Shown: one piece after another, positions 12,533 to 23,577 of the stretch
Position numbering within the stretch: position 1 is the stretch's first letter
Layout of the letters: each line of letters starts with the position of its first letter
The notes under the pieces: generated by a model
Databases searched by the model: none
Told to the model about the DNA's origin: nothing
What the model saw: only the letters and a program-made list of their open reading frames with translations
Assembly: GCF_024521635.1 (NCBI RefSeq)
Contig: NW_026250412.1
Location: 992,001-1,056,000 of the forward strand
Reading direction: 5' to 3'
Length of the DNA stretch: 64,000 nucleotides
Source: Tricharina praecox
Taxonomy: Eukaryota
Program-made: the position numbers and the translations under genes

Positions 12533-12959
12533 CATTGAAGGTTGGCGTCAACCCTCATAAACCCCTCCCGCTCTGCTACTAGCCAGCGGGTCCCACTGAC
12601 GTCTCCTAATACACACTGCCGTATCGTAATTGGATCCGCGAGACATCCCTCCTTTCCCACTCATTAATATCGCGGATATCGCCCCACTTGTAATATCTCT
12701 CGTCTTATGTAATTTCATGTGAACGAACCTGAGCCAGCTTTCGGAAAGGTCTTTCCTCCTGGCCATGGGTGACAGAAATGACAGAAGTCAAAGGTTGTTG
12801 CTCTGGCCGCTGTGCGAGAGGATGCTATCGGCTTAATGGACTGCACTCTCATCCACGGCTGCCTCCCATGTCCCTGCCAGCACCTAGTCGCGGACCACAG
12901 CAACGGAGTTTTGCTGCACTGGTTGCTGCGCGAGAGAATCGCATTGATTTTACGGGCAT

Positions 12960-14178
12960 CTACAGTGGGTGGTTATGAGCCGTGACAGCGACTAGTTCAG
13001 CCGCCGGCACGCAAGGTACTTCAACCTGTCTCCAACGAGTGGCATGTCACGTTTGCTCGCTCGTTCCATCTGATGAGCAAGTTTTGGTGGGGCCCTGCTC
13101 GCGGGAAATTTACCCCGACTCCGGCGATTGGTGTCACGTTTTGGTGGGGTCTAGCGGTCTGGCGGCGGCGAAAATGCTTAGAACCTAGCGGCTCCTCAAT
13201 CACTTATAAAACCCCCCCTTCTGCTCCTCCTTCTCTCCTTCTCTTTACAACCGTCACAGCTTCCATTGAACGTCGAATATTCGCCTTCCTTCCCCCCATC
13301 CCTCCTACTTTTCCACCCTCCATCCCTCCTTCCTTTCCAGTCACTCCCCCTCCCTCCTTCATTCAACCTGAGCCCGAGCTCAATCCTCGAGGTACGTCAT
13401 TCTCTCTTCCCCACATTTTACTTCCAGGATAACCTTACAGAGCTATCCTGCTCAGCCGTAGTAGCGAGGAACTGAGGTCCGTGCAACCAGTCTACAAAGT
13501 AGACTGTTGCAGCACCAACAGACGGATCCAACCTTCGAGGCTGAGTAGAAAAGATCCGAGGACGGGGTTTTCTCTTCTGCTGCCGGCGAAGTTCTTTCCC
13601 CCTTCCGCCAGGATTCCAAGTCGGGTGAGAGCCGACTTGCTCCCCGTGGATGGCTTCTCCGAAACCGGGTGACAGACGGTTTCGTGTTGACGAGGAAGAA
13701 ATAAACTAAAAAAAGTATAACTTCCGAGTTCTACGCGTATAACCTGGTCTACTATCCCCCCACGTTGTACGCGGAGGTTTTCTTCCTTTGTTGTGAGAGA
13801 GAATTGAGCGAAGGTCTTTCCTCCAGGCCATGTGTGTCATGTGTGAGAGACATGCCACACGTATGGCCAAGGCCCACGCCTCCGAAACTGGGCTACAGAC
13901 GGTTTCGGACGAGCAAATAAATAACCAAAGAAGTATAACGTGGTCTACTACCGCCCCAAGTTATACGCGTATAACGTGGTTTACTATCCCCCCACGTTGT
14001 ACGCGGAGGTCTTCTTCCTTTCATAGCAAAGGTCTTACCTCCTGGCCATGCATGAGTGAGATGCATGCGCCATTAGCGAAATGTTGTTGCTCTGGCTGCT
14101 GTGCGAGAGGATGACATCGGCTTGTTAATCGACTGTGGACTTGTGGTCTGCACTCTCGATCCACAGCTGCCTCCCGTG
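12960..14178 (+). repeat. Family B long structured non-coding element, copy B1
   Basis: TATGAGCCGTGACAGCG...CTTATAAAACCCCCC, CT-rich tract, hairpin-rich body ending TCCACAGCTGCCTCCC; a fragment of the B 3' end also precedes it (~12745-12870). Confidence 0.85.
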
Positions 14179-14904
14179 CTTTAGCCACGGCGGCGGCTAA
14201 CATGTATTATGGTTTCCAAAACTCCATGTTCCATCAATCACCTCTCTTGAAACAACGTTTCTATCGCGTGCGGAACGCTGAATGCAAACGAATTCTTGTG
14301 ATACTGGTAGATGGTTCGATCGTGTCCGAGTGCTTTCCATGATTCGGACTAACGAGCCCTACTCGCGATACTCTAGACGCCTTGCCGCGCTAATACCCGA
14401 TCTACTACTACCTTATCAGGAACTTCTATCATAGTAGAGTACTAGTCGGCGGTGTCGACTGTGGTCAAGTCGTGCTCCTCGGCATGATGCGGCATGCCGA
14501 AGCCGTGCTGTGCCGCTGTTTAAACACATTCCGATACATATGGAGTGAGTAGCGAGCACAGGTCGGCAAGAGCATCGTTCGTTCCGGGCGTTCCCGGCTG
14601 TGTGCGTGTGCGGGTCCATCGCCGGATGGCTGGAGGGATGAATCCGGAGGCATTGATTGAACTTTATGTAGGTCCTGTATATAACAAGGAGGGTGAAATC
14701 TACTCTATTATACTGGCACCTCGCAGGTCTGTGCTTTAACGGGCCTACAGCGCAGTCGTAAAGCTTCACAGGTACTATGAGGTTGCTACTAGCTTGGAGG
14801 GTCGAGCTATCAAATGTGAAGGTATGCAGTCCGTAGTGGCACTGCTTCTGAGTGGCTGTTATGTGTTAGAACGTGCTCATAACCGCGCGCGGAAAATTTA
14901 CAGC

Positions 14905-15025
14905 ACGGAAAAAACCCCGCGTAGCCTTGTGGGCTAGGCTACCGCCCCGGCGCTGAAAGCTCGCTGTTCGACTCCCTGGGGAAGAGGGGTTTCCAAGCCA
15001 CCCACCGCGGGTGGTGAAGGTTTTT
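14905..15025 (+). ncRNA. Family A, copy A5
   Basis: Full copy; GTAGCCT/AGGCTAC compensated stem; B-box GTTCGACTCC; T5 terminator. Confidence 0.55.
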
Positions 15026-17168
15026 GGTTCGAGCCACGGTGAAGGTTTTGTTTTGTTTAATCATCATGGGATTTCGCCTTAGTAGATAGGTCATGGCAGA
15101 TTGCATGTCTGCTTCCACCCGGGTGTCACCGATATCTGGCCACGAGCTCTATGCGGGATCCACATTGCTCTCCGCCCAGCCCTACGCTCGAGCCAAACCT
15201 AAAATGTCGCATTCGATAGTTTACTGTTTACCCTTAGTCGGTGAAGCTACTCATGGCGGCGAAGCATCACCGCCATCACACACTCTCTCGCCAAGGACGC
15301 CACGACGCCACGACGCCAATCGCAGGCTACATCCGATGCTTATCGTCTCGCAACTCGAGTACATACCATTCATCTTCGAGCGCGAGTACGGTCCATCCCT
15401 GACGATAGACCACGGTAGACCGGGGTCGGGGGGGGCAGCACTCCTTTTCCGCTAGACTGGGGAGGTAGGCAGTTCCGTCCGTTCAATCGACCTCGCTGCG
15501 GAGCCCCGTGCCCCCAGAGTACAAGTGTGGGCGAATCCTACTCTATACAGAAGGTCGGAATGTCGACTGTGATGTGATTCGCGTGCTCGTTGGGTACCGA
15601 CCGGTTATGTCGTTAGCATATATCCGTCGCTTCGGCGATACCCTGTAGGGGTGTCTTAATCTCGGTGGTCTCCTACGACGTGGACTTGAGACACGACGTT
15701 AACTCTCGTCTTTCCATTTACTACATAGGGCAAAACGCGTGCACGACGAGGGTGGATTTCGGCCGCCTGCGTTTACGGAGTTTCGAGTACCGTAGATGGG
15801 ATGTAGATCACTTCATGTACAATATAATTGCTCAAGAGTAATAGAGTAGGGTTACTGTGGTGAATCGTTTGTCCGGGCGCCAGTCCAATTCTGTGGAGCG
15901 GGGCCGTCCCGTGCAGGTTCTCCAGAGGACTATGTACTTCCTACTAGGTTGTCCGTCCAATGCGGAGAAAAATTATTTAACGCCGAGAAACCTATTCGAT
16001 TTCACCAGGGAAGTTTGAGGACCCATAATGTAACGCCCAGATAGGTACCCTACGGGTACCCATCGGTACCTGATACCTAACATCAGCGTTCTGTGCTGAC
16101 TAAGTAGTCTTATAGACAACCGTGCAACCCACATGATCTTCCGACTCAATCGCATTCAACCCAGACGCAATGGTTTTCACACCGACACGATGCTGGTAAT
16201 ACGTCGGTACTCAACCTCATTGAAGTTAGACGATCTGGGATGATGTTGATCGACGGTCCGTACTAGAGTACTCTACGCGCAGACGCTCTGTAGCGGTGGT
16301 GCGGGGTAACCACTCTAGAAGGCAGCGCTAAGGATGCGCGCCTCGTTGGACGTCACATCACGTGGTCAGGAGGACCGCCGTCCGTCCAGTCCTCCACCAC
16401 ACCAGACCGGACTGTTTAGCGTCCCCTGAAGAAGCCAACCGGTCTAGGTAGCCAAGTACATATGCCGGACGTGGTAATCCCGCCCGGCTCAACTCAAATT
16501 CCCCAAGGTACCTACTTGGTTCAACGGTTGGTACCTATAAGGTACCGACAGGCCGCATGCAGCCCTCGGCGATGTAGATGCAATCACCGGGGTTCCGGTA
16601 AGAGTGCGAGTTCATGTCACGAATCCCGGCCCCCACCTTGCGCCCGGCTCTCTTTTTCTTTGGCTTTCTCATATTGTGCTTTGCATCCGGATTTTACTGG
16701 ACTTTTCCTTCTCCCGAGACATACACCGGGGGCGCAACTCAAAGTAAAAACCGACTATACAACGAAGGTTGCAGCCGTTCGAGACGATCTTGGGCATCGT
16801 TGAACCCGTCTTCTGTGTACCTTATACTTGTTCGCTTTCTAGATCTGCACTGTACAGTCTGTACTAATGTACTCAGGTTCTAACCCAGTGATACCGCACT
16901 CAGGTACCAGCCCAGCGATACCACTTTTCCACACGGCCGGACCGTCAAAGTGACCCATTCGTCTCATCCTGAAGATTTATCCCTCTTCATCCTCGGAACT
17001 CCCCCTTCGACACCGCTTCGTCTCTCTAATCTTCCAACTGCCTTCCGTACCTACACTTCGACACCCCCGCATTCCTCTTCTGCAACCTCACCATCCTCTA
17101 TTCATCACTCGTCCCATACGAAAAGCAAAATAGAATAATACAACCCTTTCAACACGCACAACGCAAAT

Positions 17169-18291
17169 ATGCTTCGGCTAACGATCGGCCTCTTTGCCCA
17201 GCCGTTTACAACTCTACCCCTTCCTCCCCATGGTACCTTCGCCCGCAAGACAGCTGTGGTTACCGGTGCAAACACCGGCATAGGACTTGAAACATCCCGC
17301 CACCTACTCGCTCTTGGCGCCCCTCGTGTTATCATCGGCGTCCGTAACGCAACTAAAGGGGAGGCCGCGAAAGTCTCCCTCCTCAAGACCCCCGGCATCT
17401 CGGCGGATGCGCAGGTGGAAGTCTGGGACCTCGATCAGAGCTCGTTCGCCTCGGTCAAGGCGTTTTGCGCGCGAGCTGCCGCTCTCGAGAAGATTGACTA
17501 CCTATTCCTCAACGCCGGTGTAATGAGCACGCACTTCAACACCACCGCTGACGGCTGGGAGGAGATTCTGCAAGTCAACGACCTCTCGACGACGCTGCTC
17601 GGGCTTCTCCTCCTCCCCAAACTAATCTTGCAGTCGCGCGCCGCCTCTGCCGCTGCCGGAAACTCCCTCGCGGACGCCGACCTTCCGCGCATGATAATCA
17701 CGACGTCGGGGATGCACGTAGTCGCGCCGTTCTTGGAGCGCAGCGCGCCGAACTGCCTTGCGGTGCTCAACGAGCGCAGCAACTTCGAAAAGAACCGCTT
17801 CGACCGCACAATCCAGTACCAGAACTCGAAGCTGTTGAACGTGTACATCACGCGCGCGCTCGCACGTCTCGTTCCGCACACAGACGGGAAGCCGCTGGTA
17901 ATCGTGGCCACGGTCGACCCTGGCCTGTGCAAGAGCACGCTTGGAAGAGCGGATACGCCTATCCCTACCCGCATCCTGAACAGGCTCACGGGGTACACGA
18001 ATGAGTACGGCAGCAGGAATCTCCTCATCGCAGCTGCGGGCGGGATCGAGGGCCAGGGAGGGTACTATACTTCTATGGGGAAGCTGGGATCGTGAGTTGC
18101 AGACTTGACTTGCGGTCGCGGATCGTGAAGGTTCCCAGCGCATTCGCTAACGTTGTGTGATATACAGGCCGGGTGGATTATCGGTTGGACCGGAGGGCCA
18201 GCTTCTCCAGGAGAAGGTCTGGACGGAGATTACTACGGTGCTTCGCGAGGTTGCGCCGGAGATTGGCCCGGTCGTTGACGGTAGCCTGTAG
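17169..18291 (+). CDS. short-chain dehydrogenase/reductase (retinol-dehydrogenase-like), 2 exons
   Basis: TGANTGIG, LNAGV, YQNSK catalytic YxxxK, VDPGLCKS; intron 18092-18167 (GTGAGT..CTAAC..CAG); exon 2 ends QEKVWTEI...SL-TAG at 18291. Confidence 0.9.
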
Positions 18292-18825
18292 GTGCGGGCT
18301 TGGTTGCGTTGACGGGTTTCTTGCATGTGCTGCGTCGGGTCGAGCGGGAAATTGGTTTATGATTTTTGTTGTTGTCGCATTTATTCTCGTTGTGTTATTT
18401 TTCTTTGGTTATGAATAATGAAGGCGGTTAGGAAGAACTGTAACACAGACAGTGGCTGTGGGGATGGTAGCTATGACGGACAGTGTACGGTGTACGAAAT
18501 ATGGTAGATATCCAAGAATACACTACTATATACTGAATACCCAACCTCAGGTGATCTTCCAAGCCTCAGCGTTTCATAACTCCCGGGGAAGATTGCCGTA
18601 CGGAGGTATTACTGCTGCTGCTGCTGCTTGATGTTCCACACAGTCCGCCGCTCCTCCTTTACCCACCAGTATGCACGATTCAGAAGTACTACATAATATT
18701 CCCCTCTAATCCTGCCCATCACGCAGTGGGCCGATTCCGGAGCAGAAAAGGGTTGGGAGTAGGTGGGTGTAGTGCGTATCCATCGATGTGTTAGGCATCC
18801 GTTAGACCCTGCTGGCAGGTAGCAG

Positions 18826-18991
18826 CAGTGTTCTACATAGTCCGGTCGGGACTGCAGTCGACTGCAGTCCGTCCTGATGTCGAAACCTTTCGGACTAGTC
18901 CGGCCGAAAACCGCTCCCTGACGGACTGCCGAGATACAGTCCATTCCGGTCTGAGGCCTAGGACGGACGGACTGAACTATGTAGAACACTG
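18826..18991. mobile_element. hAT-like MITE, 166 bp
   Basis: 16-bp TIRs CAGTGTTCTACATAGT/ACTATGTAGAACACTG; perfect 8-bp TSD GGTAGCAG (18818-18825, 18992-18999). Confidence 0.9.
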
Positions 18992-19022
18992 GGTAGCAGA
19001 GCGGGATGGGAGGGATTTATAA

Positions 19023-19381
19023 CAGGGCTGTCAACCGTCCGTCCCATCCGTCTTTGAGGTTTCTCGACCCGGGGCGGAATAAGTCGCGTTGAGGAGACCA
19101 AGGACTACAGTCTTCCGGGCTGGAAGAATGAGGACCGATACCCTATAGGGCCCGGAATGGACTGGGACACTAGGACACTGCTAGTGGCGTGGCGCCACAC
19201 CGTGGCGCCGGTGTGCGCACGTGTGGCTGTGCGGCTGTATATCTCAGTGTCTCTCACGGTATAGAACTTTCACACAATCCTCCGGATGGAATGGATCAGT
19301 CCTCTGGAAAGCTTGCCCGGGACGGGACGGGCCTACGGTCCACTAGTGGACTGTAGTCCGGACAGACGGTTGACAGCCCTG
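19023..19381. mobile_element. hAT-like MITE, 359 bp
   Basis: TIRs CAGGGCTGTCAACCGTC.GTCC / GGAC.GACGGTTGACAGCCCTG; degenerate 8-bp TSD ATTTATAA / GTTGATAA (6/8). Confidence 0.8.
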
Positions 19382-19411
19382 GTTGATAAGGGTTGACACA
19401 AATCTTCAATC

Positions 19412-19532
19412 ACGGGAAAAACCCCCGCGTGGCCTTGTGGGCTGGCCACCGCCTCGGTGCTGAAAGCTCGCCGTTCGACTCACTGGGGCAGACGGGTTTT
19501 CAAGCCACCTACCACGGGTGGTGAAGATTTTT
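19412..19532 (+). ncRNA. Family A, copy A6
   Basis: Full, somewhat diverged copy; TGGCCTTGTGG and GTTCGACTCA boxes; T5 end. Confidence 0.5.
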
Positions 19533-20044
19533 GTGTTTTGATGCGACGGCGGAGCACTTGATGTCACTCGGATGCATCACGTGTGTTGCTTTTTCGCCGC
19601 CGGTGAGAAGAGAAGAGGAGAGACCCCGCCGTAATATCTTAAGTGATCAGTGAAGTACATAGTATGCCGATTGGCACCACCACTACACTGTACGTAACTC
19701 CGCTGAGTATTGCTGGTATCGTAAATTTAACGGCAAACGTCTAAAATGCCATGATGTTTTCGATATTTCAAACCCACTATCCCGCATACCCATTGTGGTA
19801 CGCGATGGAGGAGGTGTCGGTAAGAGTAGGATACGAAAGATGTGACCTATGGGTGTGAGGAAACGAATGTAGTCAGTGGTGCGCATCAACGTTGGTGGGC
19901 ATGGCGCCGGGGTTTCTTCTTCTTCTTCTATCTTGATGATCATCTACAGAATAGGTAGACGACCAATCTTCGTATCTCCCCTTTCTTCTGTGTGTGCTCT
20001 CCTATCCATCCTGGTTCCGGCCTGAAAGCGTGTTTGTACAAGAG

Positions 20045-21775
20045 CCGTCTGCAAAAGTACTGGGATAGATAGGAGAATTGGTAGGAAGATAGAAGTATTT
20101 GGTTGCTTGCTTTTTCTTCTTCTCCGAGCCGGTGACCTTCTATATATACATACTATGTCTGCTCTCGGAAGATAGACCCGCCGGCTACACCAGACTGCAG
20201 AACATATATCCTCTTCCGGATACAGTTTGCATGGCTGTCTCTTCTTTGACTCCTTCACAAAATGTTCCTTAAAACTCACCATCGCCAGCTGCCTTACAGC
20301 GAACATTAGGAGAGATCCTTCATGTGCTCCAGATGCCGTAATATGGCAGACGTTGTGTATGAGCACCTGCAGTGGGCGGTTATACGCCATGACAGCGACT
20401 AGGTAGTTGAGCTGCTGGCGCGCGAGGTGACTTCAACAACCACCACTCCCCAGCGAGTGGCGCGTCAGGTGCTATTGTCGCTTGTTTCATCTGATGAGCA
20501 AGTTTTGGTGGGGTCTAGCGGTCTGGCGGGACAGTTCGACCCGTCTCCGACGATTGGCGTCACATTTGCTCGCTCGTTTCACAGGATGAGCAAGTTTTGG
20601 TGGGGTCTAGCGGTCTGGCGGGACAGTTCGACCCGTCTCCGACGATTGGCGTCACATTTGCTCGCTCGTTTCACAGGATGAGCAGGTTTTGGTGGGGTCT
20701 AGCCGTCTGGCGGCGGCAAAATACTTGGAACCTAGCGGCTCCTAAATCACTTATCAAACCCCCCCCCTTCTGCTCCCCCTTCTCTCCTTCTCTTTACAAC
20801 TGTTACAGCTTCCATTCTTCGTCAACTATTCGCCTTCCTTCCACTCATTCTTCCTTCCTTCCTTCCTTCCTTCCACCTGAGCCCGAGCTCAATCCTCGAG
20901 GTACGTATTTCTCTGTCTTCCCCACTTTTTACTTCCAGGACTATCCTGCTCAGCCGTAGCAGCGAAGAACTGAGGGGTCCGTGCAACCTCTACATAGTAG
21001 GCTGTTGCAGCACCAATAGACGAATCCAACCTTCGAGGCTGAGCAGAAAAGATCCGAGGACGGGGTTTTCTCTTCTGCTGCCGACGAAGTTCTTTCCCCC
21101 ATCCTCCGGGAGTCCAAGTCGGTCAAGACTCGACTTGCCGACTTGCTCCCGGTGGATGGCCTCTCCGAAACCGGGTGACAGACGGTTTCGTGTTGACGAG
21201 GAAGAAAAAAACAAAGAAATTATAACTTCCGAGTTATACGCGTATATCGTGGTCTACTATCCACCCAGGTTACCTGTCCGCAGAGGTTTTCTTCCTTTGT
21301 TGTGAGAGAGAATTGAGCAAAGGTCTTTCCTCCAGGCCATGCGTGTCATGTGTGAGAGACATGCCACATGCGTGGCCAAGGCTCATGCCTCCGAAACCGG
21401 GCTACAGACGGTTTCGGACGAGCAGATAAATAACCAAAGAAGTATAACGTGGTCTACTACCGCCCCAAGTTATACGCGTCTAACGTGGTTTACTATCCCC
21501 CCACGTTGTACACGGAGGTCTTCTTCCTTTCATAGCAAAGGTCTTAACTCCTGGCCATGCATGAGAAGCATGCATGCGCCATTGGCTAAATGTTGTTGCT
21601 CTGGCCGATGTGCGAGACGATCACATCGGCTTCTTAATCGACTGCGGACTACACTCTGGATCCATGGCTGCTTCCCGATGTCTCCATGGTTCTTGGCTGT
21701 CAAATATACTGAGATCGATAGGACGATAGGTAGGACGATGTGACTATTCTGTTGCTTCCTTCTTCGTCTCATCGT
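20045..21775 (+). repeat. Family B, copy B2 (modules X-Y-Z-core-X)
   Basis: Collinear with B1/B3/B4; the ~75-nt X block (..GATCGATAGGA.GATAGGTAGGA.GATG..GTTGCTT..) occurs at both ends (~20045-20120, ~21697-21770). Confidence 0.85.
20493..20712 (+). repeat. 92-bp tandem repeat (2 copies identical by eye + partial third) inside B2
   Basis: GATGAGCA(A/G)GTTTTGGTGGGGTCTAGC.. starts at 20493, 20585, 20677. Confidence 0.9.
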
Positions 21776-21861
21776 TGTGTTGCGCATCCTTTGGACCCCG
21801 CTGGTAGGCAGCAGAGCGGAGGCGGCTGGCGGTTTATAGCGGTTGATAGAAATTTTCACTC

Positions 21862-21982
21862 ACGGAAAACATCCCCGCGTGGCCTTGTCGGCTGGCCACC
21901 GCCTCGGCGCTGAAAGCTCGTCGTTCGACTCCCTGGGGAAGAGGGGTTTCCAAGCCACCCACCGGGAGTGGTGAAGGTTTTT
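21862..21982 (+). ncRNA. Family A, copy A7
   Basis: Full copy, TTTATAG ~28 nt upstream, B-box GTTCGACTCC, T5 end. Confidence 0.55.
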
Positions 21983-23455
21983 GTTTTTGACGTGAAGGGT
22001 GTAGCATGTGATATCACTTAGTGGAACCACGTGGCACGACGTTTGCTGCCGGCTTTTTATTTGTTTAATCATCATCGCATTCGACCTACGTAGATCATGG
22101 TAGATTACATATCCGCTTCTATCTGGATGTCACTGACCGCTAGCCTCAGAATATCAGCCTCGCGGATGCACTCGTTGTATTTCCCAAACCAATAGCCGGA
22201 GATCATGTGCAAATAAAAAGTGGGGAACGGCCCAACGCGGATATATTCTACCGTCCGAGATACACGTTTGCACTGTGCTGAAGTGTAGGCGCGGGCTACT
22301 GCACAGAACAGATGCCCACCTCGGTATCAACTAGCGGCTTTACGTCGGCAGTTCTGCATTCGCCAGCGGTGTCGTACTTCATTTGAATCTCCGGTATCTG
22401 CTCGGTTTTATCAAGCGAGATCTATTGGTAAAGCGGCGATATGCGATTGCTCTTTCTTTACTCACTTAGATTATGGACCTATCACTAACTGGACTTCCCC
22501 GCACCGCCATGTCGTCATATCGCCGTGTGCACGCGGCAGGCTCTGGGCTGTAGGGTTTTCGTTGCAAGGCGCGCGGAAGTCGAGGGAAGCCAATTCCGCC
22601 GGCCTCAAGACGAACGAATAAACAGCATCAGGGCCATCTTTACGGACCGATCCGATTGGCGTCTGTGTCTGGGCTCCGCATCGCAGTATCCCACGCCCTG
22701 CTGTAAACGTTAGCGGCAACAACGACCGGGTATCCGAATGAATGCCGATCATGCGTGGGGGCGGGAAAGGATTATCTCTGTAGAGAGTAAACTGGGTTTG
22801 AATCACCCGGTGGAACAAGCTTGTAGTCCGACTTCCGGGGCTTCCAAGTTCCAAACTACCCACTGATTGTGGCGAAGTATGTTTTCTTTGGTCCTGGTCC
22901 TGAGTCCAAGCTATGATCTATTTTGACTGGAGCCGAGCAAGTGCTATCACTCGGCCCCACTGCACGCTACATGGGGATGATATCCGTGCAGCAGAGGGAT
23001 ACCCACCAGTAGAGTACGTCCTACCATGATCTAGATATTTTTTTTTGTGATATGAGGAATCATTATGACCATATCCCCAGGCTTCAGTAGCTACCTCATA
23101 GAATCGATGGCTGAACACTGTCTGCAGACTGCAGACCTGGAAGTTTATATATTGCTTAGAGGACCAACTATACCGCGTGCTTGCCATGATACTCGTCTGC
23201 TTTACCTAATTTAGGATAGTTAAATGATTGATATGAGCGTGATCAAGCGCCCAGCCTTAACTTAGTGAATCGAGATTCGAAACTGTAGGCTTTCATTGCT
23301 TGCCAAGATGGAGCGGCAGAAGGTTTTCCAATGCGAAAGACGACTAGTACTCTAGCATCCTCGGGGCTCGGCGCCACTTACTATTCCTGTGTGCAGATGA
23401 GCGTGTCGCCGTTGAAAAAGCGGGCGGGTTTAAAAGCACAAACGCAATCCATAGC

Positions 23456-23577
23456 GTGGAAAACCGCCTGCGCGGCCTATGCAGTGGTTTAGACTACACC
23501 ACTGGGCTACACACATCGCGGAGAAGCATTGCTCACCGGTTCGTGCTCAAGACACCCACCTCGGCGGGAAGGTTTTT
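23456..23577 (+). ncRNA. Family A, highly diverged copy A8
   Basis: TTTAAAAG upstream, GGAAAACC start, GGTTCG box, CAAGACACCCACC..GAAGGTTTTT end, downstream GATATCACTCG; different interior. Confidence 0.35.

Larger units (their letters stand above)
10090..12600 (-). repeat. diverged head-to-tail tandem array (~1.2 and ~1.05 kb period) of A plus a homologous spacer
   Basis: A cores start at 10194, 11392, 12438. Spacers share collinear blocks (AAGAGTAACAG, TGAGATAGCT, GCGATGGTCT, TGTCAGCGGA..GGCAATACACTGCACCCAGT, ACTACTGTGGGCTGTAGGCT, CTAAACTGT, TCACCGGTA.GTAAT.CTTCCGA). Confidence 0.85.

Noticed and set aside
10090-12600. CRISPR-like repeat-spacer array
   Set aside because: Repeats are over 120 nt, spacers are ~1 kb and homologous to each other, the context is eukaryotic, and there are no cas genes.
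13070-13175. Hammerhead ribozyme core (CTGATGA ... GAAA) upstream of the B TATA box
   Set aside because: CTGATGA is not conserved (AGGATGA, CGGACGA, CTAACCA in other copies) and stems I-III cannot be built. The motif is better explained as one arm of a GCTCGTT/GATGAGC hairpin.
14905-15025. Family A as genuine tRNA genes
   Set aside because: A/B boxes are present, but there is no 7-bp acceptor stem, anticodon arm or (in most copies) T-stem in cloverleaf geometry.
23449-23577. 5S rRNA resemblance (CCATAG..GTGGAAAAC; AAGCCAC.C.CCGG)
   Set aside because: Only short word matches; the rest of the 5S sequence and helices are absent and the promoter is A/B-box type.
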